Of a stretch of DNA of 61,133 nt, positions 36,950 to 49,099 are shown piece by piece. Source of the DNA: Chiloscyllium plagiosum (taxonomy: Eukaryota); assembly GCF_004010195.1 (NCBI RefSeq), contig NC_057718.1:11151524-11212656 (forward strand), read 5' to 3'. Every line of letters begins with the position of its first letter. The first letter of the stretch is position 1. The notes under the pieces are model-generated. The model ran no database searches. It was not told the DNA's origin and saw only the letters and a list, made by a program, of their open reading frames with translations. The translations under genes were made by a program, and so were the position numbers.

Positions 36950-37595
36950 TCTGAAGAGACTGACCAAGTGGTTGCTGGGAATGGGCGGGGTTTGTGTTAT
37001 AAGGAGAGGCTGGACAGGCTGGGAGTTTTTCACTGGAGCGTAAGAGGTTGAGCATTGACGTTATAAAGATTTTTAAATCATGAGGGGTATAGAGTTAATG
37101 GTAGGTGTCTTTCCCCTAGGATAGGGGATTTCAAGACAGGAGGCGTATTTTTAAGGTGAGAGGAGAGAGATTTAAAAAAGACATGAGGGGCAAATTTTTT
37201 TTAGCACAGAGTGTGGAATGAATTTCCAGCTTCCACTCCTATGTCTTATGGTCTTATGGTCTTATGAGGGGTATAGAGTTAATGGTAGGTGTCTTTCCCC
37301 TAGGATAGTGGATTTCAAGACAGGAGGCATATTTTTAAGGTGAGAGGAGAGAGATTTAAAAAAGACATGAGGGGCAAATTTTTTTTAGCACAGAGTGTGG
37401 AATGAATTTCCAGAGAAAGTGGTGGATCTGCACACTGTTACAACATTTAAAAGACACTTAGGTGTTACACGAACAGGAAAGGTTTGGAGGGATATGGGCC
37501 AGGAGTAGGCAGGTGGGAGTAGTTCAGTTTGCAATTATGTTCGGCATGGACTGGTGGGCCCGAAGAGTCTGTTTCTGTGCTGTGTTACTCTATAA
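36950..37595 (+). mobile_element. CR1 3' fragment containing a 150-bp direct duplication around a 34-bp LINE tail
   Basis: 37080-37229 equals 37264-37413 with 2 mismatches. Spacer is cttccactcctatgtcttatggtcttatggtctt. Confidence 0.85.
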
Positions 37596-38442
37596 GGAAT
37601 GTTAGTGCGGTTTGCGGGAGGTGGGGGTGTGGTATAGGCTGTCCCAAACGATTGGCAGTCTCATTAAGTTGGTGCAGCTTCGATGGTTTGCTCAAAGACA
37701 TGGAAAGAGTTTGCTGACTCAAACCCACACCTGGAATTTCACTGCTGCTGCCTTTTGTGAATTGTGTTAAGTGGCCCCCTGTGAGATGTGGGCCTTTTGT
37801 TTGAAGTTTTCCAGATGTGGTTGCTAAACAACCATCGCACAGTGCCCACCCTCAGATCCTTGGTGAATATTATTTTTTTCCATGAGGTGCACAAAAACAT
37901 AATATAAAGTTCGTGAAAAATAAACAAAACTCCAGGAGTGGCCTGTCAGTGTCCAGGAGGCATGTCTGGGTTTAAGCATGTGATGAAGTCTAGGCTGAGA
38001 CATCGGTGTGCTTCATGACGGACAGCTGCAACTCCACCTTAGCTCATTGCACGTTGCAGTTTAGCTGGAGCATGCCTGAGAGACTTTACAGCACGACTGA
38101 GTGACTTGTTAATCACTGCAGAGTGGAGCAGTTAATTAGGTTTGGTGTTGTACTTGATATAGACTTATTTATAAAGGATTATGCCTTGCACCACTTCCCA
38201 AATCACTTCACAACTAATCAACTACTCCCTCGACTATGATATCAGCCTTTGGATTGTAACTCTGGAGTGGGACTGAAACTCATAACCTTCTGATTTAAAA
38301 AGGTACCATTAGTGTAAATGTGTTGTTTCAATCATTGAAATGGCCACTTCCTTCTCCCTTGTACAACTATGCAGAATAATTGAAACATTCACCAATTGCG
38401 TTGATGAAGCATTGGTATACACTGAAAAATTAAAGTTCTAGC

Positions 38443-38860
38443 ATCTTGCATTTATCTGAATTAAACTCCATCTGCCACTTCTCAGTCCGTTGGCCCATCT
38501 GGTCAAGATCCTGTTGTAATCTGAGGTAACCCTCTTCGCTGTCCACTACACCTCCAATTTTGGTGTCATCTGTAAACTTACTAACTGTACCTCTTATGCT
38601 CGCATCCAAATCATTTATGTAAATGACACAAAAAGTAGAGGACCCAGCACCGATCCTTGTGGCACTCCACTGGTCACAGGCCTCCAGTCTGAAAAACAAC
38701 CCACCACCACCACCTTCTGTCTTCTACCTTTGAGCCAGTTCTGTAAGGGATATGGGCCGGGTGCTGGCAGATGGGACTAGATTGGGTTGGAATATCTGGT
38801 TGGCATGGACGGGTTGGACCGAAGGGTCTGTTTTCATGCTGTAAATCTCTGTGACTCTAT
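38443..38860. mobile_element. CR1/HER1 fragment with inverted 5' part (RT on - at 38443-38745, 3' end on + at 38746-38860)
   Basis: Minus-strand IYINDLD...SKFTDDTKIGG abuts the plus-strand HER1 3' UTR. Confidence 0.75.
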
Positions 38861-39454
38861 CACTTTAATCCTATACTCGCACGACACAGAAAACATTGGG
38901 CTTTGTAGGACTGATCATTGCTTTAATAAAAATACAAATGGCAGAATAAGACACAACCGCTTTGTGCGCCAAAGGTCTGGAAACAGGATAGAATGTGCTC
39001 AATTCTCATGTCGGCTGGATTTCCTGTCAATGAGGATTAATTGCTGCCAGCTGTAAATTAATGATCGATGCCCAGTTCTGATTCCAACCAACTTGGATTT
39101 GTGTTTTCCACCCTCTCCGGTTTCACCAGGTAACTGAAAAACTGACATCTGGAAACTCTATCTGGTTCACAGCAATTACTAAAATGAAATATGATTTGAG
39201 GAAGAATCTCTTGGCTTCTGTGGTGTCTTCTTTACAATGACCAAACAGAACTGCTACTCCAGAAGGGACTGCTGGATGATAATTAACATAGAGTCCTCAC
39301 AGTCCTTTCAAAGCCAGATTTTCCAGAAATTAAGGTAATTAAACCAATCTCTTATCCCCTTGAAAGATTTGCTGGGCTGCTTCTCCAAAGACACTTGATT
39401 TCTAGTAAGTGGCAAGTGAACTAAAACACAAATTAAACAGTTCTGCAAAGCAGT

Positions 39455-40930
39455 CACCTGGTCGTTATTTTGTCTCTCCAGTACAGAGGAGACCACACTG
39501 TGAGCAGTGAATACAGTACACTAGATTGAGTGAAGTGCAGGTAAATCTCTGCTTCACCTGGAAGCTGTGTTTGGGGCCTTGGATGGTGGGGAGGGAGGAG
39601 GTAAATGCAAGGGAAGGTGCCGTGGGTCTATGTGGGAATGACGCAGGAGTGGACCAGATTGTTCCCAGAGGGAATGGCCCCTGCAGAAGGCTGACAAGCG
39701 AAGAGAGGGGAATATGTGGCTAGTTGTGGCATCCCTCTGGAGGTGGCAGAAATGGTGCCTAGTGATCGTTTCGATGTGGAGGCTGGTGGGATGGTAGGTG
39801 CTGACCAGGGACACCTATCATTGTTGTGGGAGTGGAGGGGAGAAGTGCAGGAGATGGGTCGATCAGAGAGCCGTGTCAGTAACTGTAGCATGGAATTCCC
39901 TGCTGAGGAGAATGGTGGACATTTCTGAGGCTATGCACCCCCCCACCCCAACACATTAGAACAGATACGACGGGAATGGAGAAACTGGGAGAATAGGATG
40001 GAGCTGAAAATGTGTTGCTGGAAAANNNNNNNNNNNNNNNNNNNTCCTGTTCCCTGGATGCTGCCTGACCTGCTGCGCTTTTCCAGCAACACATTTTCAG
40101 CTCTGATCTCCAGCAACTGCAGACCTCACTTTCTCCTCAAAGAATAGGATGGAGTCCTTATAAGAAGAAGGATGTATAGTTCAGGTAACTGTGGGAGCTG
40201 GTGGGTTTGTAATGGATATCAATGGCCAGCCTATCTCCAGAAATGGCAGCAGAAATGTTGAGGAAGGGTAGGCAGGAGTCAGAGGTGGACCAGGTAGATG
40301 TGAGGGCGGAAATTGGAAGGAAGTTTGATACGTTTTCAAATTGTTCAAGTTCAGAAAGAAAGAGGAAAGAGTTGTGATGAGATGACTCAAATAGGACTGG
40401 ATTGACGAATAATCAACTAGGAGAAATGAGGACTGCAGATTCTGGAGATCAGAGTCTAGAGTGTGGTGCTGGAAAAGCACTGCAGGTCAGGCAGCATCCG
40501 AGGAGCAGGAGAATTGACGTTTCGGGCAGGGAGCCCTTCATCAGGAATAGAGGCCTCATTCGTGATGAAGGGCTTGTGCCCAGAACATCGATTCCCCTGC
40601 TCCTCGGATGCTGCCTGACCTGCTGTGCTTTTCCAGCACCACACTCTCGACTCTGGAATGAGGAATGTTCTATGTGCCCCACAAAGAGACAGGCAGAACT
40701 GGGGCCTGTCTGGGTACCAATGGCCACCGCTCTGACCTGAAGGAAGTGAGAGGAGATAAAAAGGGAAGTTGTTAAGAATGCGGATGAGCTCGGCCAGGCC
40801 GAGGAGGTGATGGTGGATGGGGACGGTTCAGGCCTTTATCCAGGAGGAAACAGAGAGCCCTGAGACGGTCCTGCTGGGGGATGGATGTGTAAAGAGATTG
40901 CACGGCCAAGATAGAGAGGAGACTGGAGAG
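39455..40930 (-). mobile_element. Decayed Penelope-like RT/EN coding region hosting two younger palindromic terminus insertions (about 40004-40140 and 40411-40652)
   Basis: Minus-strand peptides such as TYHPTSLHIETITRHHFCHLQRDATTSHIFP and MAIGTQTGPSSACLFVGHIE (PLE RT motif). TSDs agaataggatggag (39990-40003 / 40141-40154) and ctggattgacgaat / ctggaatgaggaat (40397-40410 / 40653-40666). Confidence 0.8.
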
Positions 40931-41904
40931 AGGAGGTTTGAGCCCGCAAACTGGAAATTCTGAAACTGATATAAAGCTTCTGAAGGTTTGTGGGTGTAAA
41001 TTGGACAAGGGGAGTAAATCAAGACAAGGTATGACCCTCTTGATTGTTGTCTGTGTATCTTGTTGTGCATTCTCAACATTTGTGGAATATAATTTCAGGT
41101 GCCCTGCATTTGTGAAACCTTTCCTCAGTGCCTTCTGAGACAAACTAATAATGTTTTAATGGAAAAAAGGATGAGAGGGTGTAAGAAGCAGGAGTTGGAT
41201 CAGGCCATTCGGCCCCTCAAACCTGCTCCACCATTCAGTGAAATTGTGATGGAGCTTTAGTCTTCGATCGTTATCACCACGACCTTTAACTTTCTCGGTA
41301 CCCAAGAACCTCCCAGCCTCTGGCCTGGTGAAACTCAGACCCTGAGCATCCATCGCACTCTGAGTGAAAACATTTCTCCACATCTCAGTTCCAAATGAGC
41401 CACCCCCTTTCTTTTCTGGGACCCCTAAGCCCCCACCTTCCAGGTTTCCTGACTGGGGGGAAACATTTCCTTTGTGCTTTCCCTGAGAAAAGAACCTTCA
41501 GTGAGATCACCTCTCATTGTTTGAAACTCCAGGGAATGTAGTTTGAGATTAGACAGCTTCCCTTTCTGGTGACAGGTAAGCAGTTCACTGCATTCCCAGA
41601 GGGCAGGTTGAGGGGAACAAACTGAGCCCTTACAGGGAGTGCACTTGAGAAGGACTGTTGAAATTTTACTTTTTTGCTTAATTTTTCCACAAAATACTGG
41701 GAAGAACTGGAAAGTTAACTGGTAACTTTATTTCTTTGTTTTTCTACTTGTACTAAGAACAACAGTAATGCCTTACATCTATGTTACTGCTGGTCTTGTA
41801 CCTAGATACCTTCATACCTAAGATGGTGCCGTGTGGGGCAACATTATACACTTTTTACTGTACCCCTGTATTTCTGTACTTCAGTACACACAACAATAAA
41901 GTGC

Positions 41905-42210
41905 CCAGTGACTCAGTGGTTAGCAATGCTGCCTCACAGCCCCAGGGACCCGGGTTCGCTTCCCATCTCGGGTGGCTGTCTGTGTGGAGTTTGCACATTC
42001 TCCCCGTGTCTGCGTGGGTTTCCTCCAGGTGCTCCCACAGTCCAAAAATGTGCAGGTCGGGTGGATTGGCCATGATAAATTGCCCTGTAGTGTCCAGGGA
42101 GGTGTAGGCTAGGTGTATTAGCTGTGGGAAATGCAGGCGGAATGCTCTTTGGGGGGGTTGGTGTGGACGTATTGGGCCGAATGGTCTGATTCCACACTGT
42201 AGGGATTTTA
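41905..42210 (+). mobile_element. HE1-like V-SINE
   Basis: Head and V-domain match. Confidence 0.85.
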
Positions 42211-43229
42211 TAAAAACAAAGCTTAAAATAAATCATTCTCAGTCCCTTGTGAAGAAAGTGAGACTTGGGGGAGATAAAGGAGCCAGGAATAATAATAGTG
42301 ACCGATTTGTCTATATTGAAAGGATGCTAATCTCACTCTAATGCAGCGGGTCAGTGGCCACAGATTTACCAAGGATGAACCAGGTTTGAATAAAAATGTC
42401 TGTAAATACATTGGAGTTCCAGTTCAGTATCGGAACAACGGGGCCTGTTATTCCGGGGAGGGGGTGGAGGGTATGTCAGCTTCTCCCTCTTCCCTTGCAG
42501 CACACGATCCCCACCCCTGTCACCGTCTCCCCCTGTGTCCACCACTCCCCCCACCTCAGTGAGGCCTTCCCGAGAATCAAGCCTGACTCCAGCTGAATGT
42601 GACTGAGGTTGCCTCTTGCCTGGGTTGGTTATGAAGAGGCGAGTTGTTGATTAACTGGCGTCGAACAGAGAGGAAACGAGAGCTCAGGTGGCAGGTTCCT
42701 TCAGCGCTCCAGACCCAGACTGTGACCGGCTCATCAGGGGGTCAGGCCTCAGCAAGAACACTTCAATCAGAATTCTGCAGAAAGATTAAAGAGAGCTGAG
42801 TTACACAGAAAAGTGTCCCGTGACATTAAGTACCCTGTCCTCCCCAAAGGCAAAACTCTGTCAAGTGGGGTTGGGTCACTAAAGGTCGACGGAAATAGAT
42901 CCTTGGGTTTGAGTTTTAAATGATTTGGAGTTCAAAAGCAGCTTTGAAAGCATGCCATATGTTGCAACACGCACTCTCAAAGTCCAGACCATTGCTTTCT
43001 GCTCAAAACTGTCCCAGAACCCTTCATCTGAAATTCCTGGTACCGACCAGGCTGACCTCGGGGAGAGATGATCACAGGCTGGCGAGTGAGCAAGTGGTGG
43101 GTTGGAAAGCCCAAGCCGCGTACAGCCGTTGTGTCAGCAAACCTGGCAACTGTTCTGCGCACAGCAAGCTCCCACTGCCGACCCTGCGACATGCACATGG
43201 CACGGTGGACGGGCACATACATTCTCGCC

Positions 43230-43625
43230 CTGCAGTCAGGAGAAGGTCACGGAGTTTGACCCTGGCGGGAATTCAAAAGCTGACGCTCCAGAGCAGTGCT
43301 GAGGAGGAGCCGCCCAGTCAGAGATGTCACCTTCCAGATGAGGCGTCAAACCAAGCAATCGTGTGCCTTCTCAGGCCAAGGTCAAAGACATCATCGCCAT
43401 ATTTCGAGGAGGAGCAGAGGTGTTTCACTTCCATGTCTTTATCCCTCATTGAACATCACGGGAATCAACAGCTTATTTGATTATTGCTACATTGCTGTTT
43501 GTGGGAGTTGGCTGTGAGCAAATTGGTTGTTGACATTTCCTGATGTTAGAACAGCGACCACCCCTTAAAACGTGCTTCATTGACTGTAAGGCTGCCCTGA
43601 AATGTCCTTTTGCAAAACAAGATTT
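43230..43625 (+). mobile_element. Old Deu-domain SINE (other fragments at about 2320-2455, 3100-3330, 24345-24530 (-), 28800-29200 (-), 45330-45500, 53920-54330)
   Basis: gatgtcaccttccagatgaggcgtcaaacc...atttcgaggaggagcagagg...cattgctgtttgtgggagttggctgtgagcaaattgg. Family assigned by recognition only. Confidence 0.55.
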
Positions 43626-44124
43626 TTAAAAACGGAATAATCTGGGTCAATGTACTGATGGTAGATGGGGTGAATATTGTTTGAATTAATGCAGTGAGGT
43701 TTTGCTTGTTCTGTTGAAGAGCAGAATTCTCTCAACTACAACGAGAGTCACACCCTGGATTAAAGCTGGAGTGGGGGATTTTGACCAGGATGGTACCTAC
43801 TGAATATAGCTGGCATTTTGGCAGGAAGCTTCAATGCACCAGCTGGCATGTGCGTGAGTGGGTGAGATTGATTTATGGCAGCATTGGACTTTCCACACCC
43901 TCTACCCAGTGGTCTGTGGGAGATTCATGGTATGAAGGTGCATGATGGTGCACAATGCCAGCTGGGAATGTTGGTGAGAATGTGGCCAGTACCAAGCAAG
44001 AATCACCGAACCTGTGAGTTCCAATAATTTGAACATTGATGTTAAAAGTTCGCTCTTTGAGAAACTGTACACACGTGTGCATGTGATTGTGTGAATGAGT
44101 GCGTGTGCACTTGCGCTGATATTT

Positions 44125-44468
44125 CATAGAATCCACACAGTATGGGAGAAGGCCATTCGGCCCATCGAGCCCATACCAATCCTCCATAGACAATCCCATC
44201 CAGACCTACCCCTCTATCCCAATCCCTGTAACCCTGCATTTCCATGGCTAACCCACCTAGCGTACACATTATGTGCAATTTCCCATGGCCAGTTCACCTA
44301 ATCTGCACACCTTTGGACTGTGGGAGGAAACCGGAGCACCCGGAGGAAACCCACACTGACACAGGGAGAAAGTACAAGCTCCACGCAGACAGTTGCCTGA
44401 GGGTGGAATCGAAGTGGGTCCCTGGTGCTGTGAGGCAGCAGTGCTAACCACTGAGCCACCGTGCCACC
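44125..44468 (-). mobile_element. HE1-like V-SINE
   Basis: Reverse-complement head at 44420-44468 plus V-domain. Confidence 0.85.
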
Positions 44469-44479
44469 CATATTTATAT

Positions 44480-44890
44480 GCACAGATGGGTGCTTGCGTT
44501 TATGTGCATGATTCGGCATTTGTATGTGTGTACACATGTATCTGCTTGAGTGTATGTGCTTGTGTGAGTGAGAGAGAGTGTGTGTATCTTTCTGTATGCC
44601 TTTGTTTGTGAATGGATGTAAGTGTGTTTGTGCAGTGAGTCTATGTGAGTATGTGCTTGTGTGTGTGCCTGCACACACATGTGTGTATGTATGTTTGAGT
44701 GTGCATAAGTGTGAGTGTTTGTGTGCATTTTCATATGTACTCGCATGTGTGCATGATCACCTGCTTGGTGCGTGTATGTACTGATGTCGTGTATTGAAGC
44801 ATGAACAGTCCCGTGTACCTTTGTGTGTAACAGCAATGTGCACGTGTCCCCGTGCATGCATGTGTGTACGTCAGTGTGTGTGTGAGAGAG
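44480..44890. repeat. Degenerate (TG)n low-complexity tract
   Basis: About 400 bp of imperfect TG/TATG/TGCA repeats, which explains the His/Thr- and Cys/Val-rich ORFs. Confidence 0.9.
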
Positions 44891-47559
44891 AAGGGAATGT
44901 AAACCATAAAATAATCTCTCACCTCAGCTTGAGAACTGAATTAGATTTACAAAAGACAGACAGGACTTCAAACAGACAGCGCACTGGCGCTTACATTAAA
45001 GTGACAGATGGGTGAGATAAGCCCCACTCTAATTTCCAGCTCTGAAACCTGACCAGTGGCTTTGACCCATTTCTAAGACCTTCTCCATCAGTCACCAGAG
45101 CTCTTAAGCAGCAGGACATTTGAGCTTAATGGCTGATGAGTGTTTCACGTTGACAGTGTTTCATTCCAAAGTGCAGGAGATCAGGAGCCTGAGAGAGGTC
45201 AACAGTAGATCAAGTGCTTTCTGCATCCCCTTGGACTGACTTAGAAGGTTCCACACATCTATTCTGACGCAAAGTGACAGAACTTTTCACCCAATGGCCC
45301 AGGCTGATAGCTATCCCTATCCACTACCTTGCAGTACAGGCCTTTGACACATTTCTCTTTGTGGAATCTTGCTGTGCACGAGCTAGCTGCTCCATTTCCG
45401 ACATTATCACAGCGGCGAATGCACGTCAAGAAAGCACTTCACTGGCTCATCAGGACGCCCTGAAGTCCGGAAAGGTGCTATGTAAATGCAAGTTGTTCCT
45501 TTCAGAGGCAAACGCACACGGCCTTGCGCGTGGAGTGAAGAAGAAAGGGCGAGAGTGTGGACAATCGGAAATAAAAAGAAAGACAAAAAGACTAGATTTG
45601 CATAAGATGGTGGACCCATCGTGTGCTGGAGCAGACCTTCAGACGAACTGTTCTCATATGTTATGACGGCAGAATGGGGAGTAGTTTGGTCTTGTCTGGA
45701 GACTCAGGATCTCCTTTATGGACTGGCTTCTCCATGTTGCTAAACCTTTACCCATATCTTCATACTGTGTATTACCTGAAGGGAGCCGCTTAATGTAAGC
45801 ACATGGACCTTGTGTACGGATAATAGAAAGAAGACAGACCTGAAGATGGTGGTTTACTGCTATGGTGCGTTCACCCCCAGTATATAATGAGCACAGAATC
45901 AGAGAGCCAGGACACACTGGTCTCCAAATCTACCTCAAGGTTGAGACCCTTCCGACGGAGTTATGAGAGGCATATTTGACTGCTGTCTGCTCTGTGCAGA
46001 TGAGGTAGTGGGGCGGTGGGTAGTGCCCCCATCTCTGAACCGCAGATTCACAGAATTGTTACTGTGCAGAAGGAGGCTGTTCAGCCCCTCATGCCAGCAC
46101 TAGCCCTATTATCCAGTCCATCTCTATTATCTCGTGCCAATCTCCTGCCTCTTCCCCATATCCCCGGACACCATTATTGTCCAAACAAAAACCACCCACT
46201 GCCATCTTGAATGCCTCAATGGAACCTGTCTCCATCATGTTTCCAAGCAGTGCACTCCAGACCCTAATTACCGTCAAAAAGGGTTTCACTCACATTGGCC
46301 TTGCTCTGTTTGCCTGTCACTTTAAATCTACGCCCTCTCGACCTTGTATCCTCACCCTATCTACTCTATCTAGCCCACTCGTGATTTTGAAGCTCTGATC
46401 TACTCTCCTGTCATCCTTCTCTCCAGAGGGACCCAGCAACTCTGTGTTCAAATCTGAGTCCAGGACGTGATAGCTGAGGAAGGTATGTTTTCTGACGTGA
46501 CCAACCGGTGAAATATCCAGCAGCGAAGCCTTCCGAGCGAGACTGAGGCCAGGTGCTAAGACTGAAAGTTCTCCATTCAGCCGAGTGGCAGGAAGGACAT
46601 TGGAGCCTCCACTATTCTGACTCTCATGGGGTGTGGGTGCCACTGCTAAGGTCAGCATTTAGTGCCCATCCCTAATTGGCCATGAACTGAATGGCTTGCA
46701 CAGCCATTTCAGACAGTAGTATAGACAAGCCAGCCTGGACTTGATGGGCCAAAGGGTCTCCTGTACGATTCTACAGCAGTTAGAAGTCAATCATATTGCT
46801 GTGGGTCTGGAGTCACATATAGGCCAAACCAGGTAAGGATGGCAATTTCCTTCCCTCAAGGACATTTAATGAACCGGAAGGGTTTTTAAAACAACTGGCA
46901 ACCTTCTTCCCGTCACTATGGTTACCTAACGCCATCTCCCAACATCGCTTGTTCCCTCCCTCACTCCGTCCATCTCACATCACAGCTCATCTGCTGTGGA
47001 CATCCTTGTCTTTTGAATTTTGAATTCCATATTTATTAATTGAATTCAAATCCCTCCAGGTACCAGGGAGGGTTTGAACCCAAGCCTCTAGAGCCTTAGC
47101 TTGGAATTGTGGATTGCACATCCACTGACATTACCAGTGTCTCCCCCAGTATTCATGTTGCCATAGCAACTCAGGGTCACTGGGGAACAAACATCTCGAA
47201 AAGCTCAGTAATGCCAAACCTTCTCCGGGAGCAAGCTTGGCTTTGTGGCTGCTGGAATTGGAAACTGGGCCTGTTTTCCATATGTATGAGTTGGTCTTTG
47301 TCATTGGGGTCACAACAAGGCCTTCTGTCTCATGGGAGATGGGGGAAGGGAGGGAATGGTTAACTCCAACTGAACTCCTACCAACCCTAACCAAGCATAC
47401 TGCAAGGGTCCACTTTGACTAATGACCTAATTTTCCAACTCCCAAATCAGAAAGGTTCACATTGTGCATTCCTGCAAACAGCCAGTGTACTCACTGCATG
47501 ACATCTAGTGCTCAGTGAGCTCTCACTGTGATTATTATTAAATTATTGAATGTTTTATC

Positions 47560-48700
47560 CACCACAGAGGAGTAGCAAGTTCCTCTAAATAAATGTTAAG
47601 AAGGCTGGAGCCACTGCTTTCAGTTTCCACACTTTCGCTCGCCAAGGACTCTGTCCCACTTCCTGGCGACAGTCTGAGATGAAGTCAGGATGTTTGTAAC
47701 ATTCGTGTCATGTCTGAACCTCTGGCCTCATCTCCTTCCCGTCACTAGGATCACCTAATGCCATCTCCACAACATCGCTTGTTCCCTTTCTCTGTCTCAC
47801 ATCACAGTTCACCTGCTGTGGTTATCCTCGTCCGTGCGTTTGTTAGCTCTCGTCCTGGGGTAAGTGAGGACTGCAGATGCTGCAGATGCTGCAGATGCTG
47901 CAGATTCAGAGCCGAAAAGGAGAGTGCTGGAAAAGCACAGCAGATGAGGCAGCATCCGAAGAGCAGGAGAGTCGTCGTTTCGGACATAAGTCCTTCAACA
48001 GGAATGTGGGGTCGGAAGGGGGCTGATAGATAAATTGGGGGTGGGAGTGGGGTTGGGGGGAAGGTAGGCAGAAGGCAATAGGTAGATGCAGGTAGGGGTT
48101 GATGGTGATAGGTCAGTGGGGAGGGTGGAGCACAGAGGTGGGAAGGAAGATGGACAGGTAGGACAGTTCCAGAGGACAGTGCTGAGTTAGAGGGTTGGAT
48201 GTGGGATGAGGTGGGGGGAGGAGAGATGAGAAAACTGGTGAGATCTAGACTTGACCTTTCCACCTCATTCCTGGCTATTCTTCCACAGGGTCAAGAATTC
48301 TCTGATTTATATAACTTGAGGCTATCTGAGATTCTGCTGCCTGTGTCTTCAATTGCAGAAAAATAACTGTGGCCTCTTCCCTCGCTGTCTCCATAGCCTC
48401 ATTCAACACAACAACCCTTTGCCCTCTCTGCCCTCCTCCCATTTTTGCACACTCCCAACTTTAATTGCACCACCATTAAAGGCTATTCCTTCAGCTCCAA
48501 GCTCTGGAATTCCCTCTGCCCCCTCCCCCTTGAATTTCTCCATCTCCCGATCTCAGTTTCCTTACAGCTATCTCAGCCATTTGATCATACATTGTAAAGT
48601 GTCTTGATGTGGCTTATTTTGCTTTTTAATAATCTTGTGTGAAGGGCCCAGAGAGTTTTTATTGTATTAAAGATGCTATATAAGCATACTTTGCTGTTGT
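47560..48700 (+). mobile_element. Decayed L2-like LINE 3' region interrupted by a Penelope-like 3' end (about 47860-48245, -)
   Basis: caacatcgc...atcctcgtccgtgcgtttgttagctct | tctagacttgac... and tail aaagatgctatataagca. The inner element has the family A terminus with (ctgcagatg)x4. Confidence 0.6.
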
Positions 48701-48739
48701 TAGTGCACAAGGGGGAGGATAGAGAGAAGAAGATGGACA

Positions 48740-49010
48740 GGTTTAGGGTGAGAGGGGAAAGATATAAAAAAAGACCTAAGGGGCAACATTTTCACATAGA
48801 GGGTGGTACAGATATGGAATGAGCTGCCAAAGGAAGTGGTGGAGGCTGGTACAATTGCAACATTTAAAAGGCATCTGGATGGGTATATGAATAGGAAGGG
48901 TTTGGAGGATATGGGCCGGGTGCTGGCAGGTGGGATTAGATTGGGTTGGAATATCAGGTCAAGTTGGATTGAAGGGTCTGTTTCCATGCTCTAAATCTCT
49001 ATGACTCTAT
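48740..49010 (+). mobile_element. CR1/HER1 3' fragment
   Basis: WNELPKEVVEAGTIATFKRHLDGYMNRKGL. Confidence 0.88.
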
Positions 49011-49099
49011 GAGATAGGACAGGTAAAAAGGGCAGAGCCAAACTGGGGAGGTTGAATCTGGGGAGATGAAGAAGCTGGTGAAATCCACATTGATTCCAT

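Noticed and set aside
44298..44922. His/Thr- and Cys/Val-rich ORFs
   Set aside because: They are translations of a degenerate TG/CA tract.
45596..45603. Octamer ATTTGCAT as a snRNA or Ig promoter element
   Set aside because: A single 8-mer is expected by chance in 61 kb, and there is no associated gene.
42240..46000. Exons of a downstream gene (e.g. frmd1, expected from tetrapod synteny), including ORFs 42920-43480 and 45274-45666
   Set aside because: No recognisable FERM or other domain peptide, no convincing splice pairs, and both ORFs overlap decayed SINE sequence.
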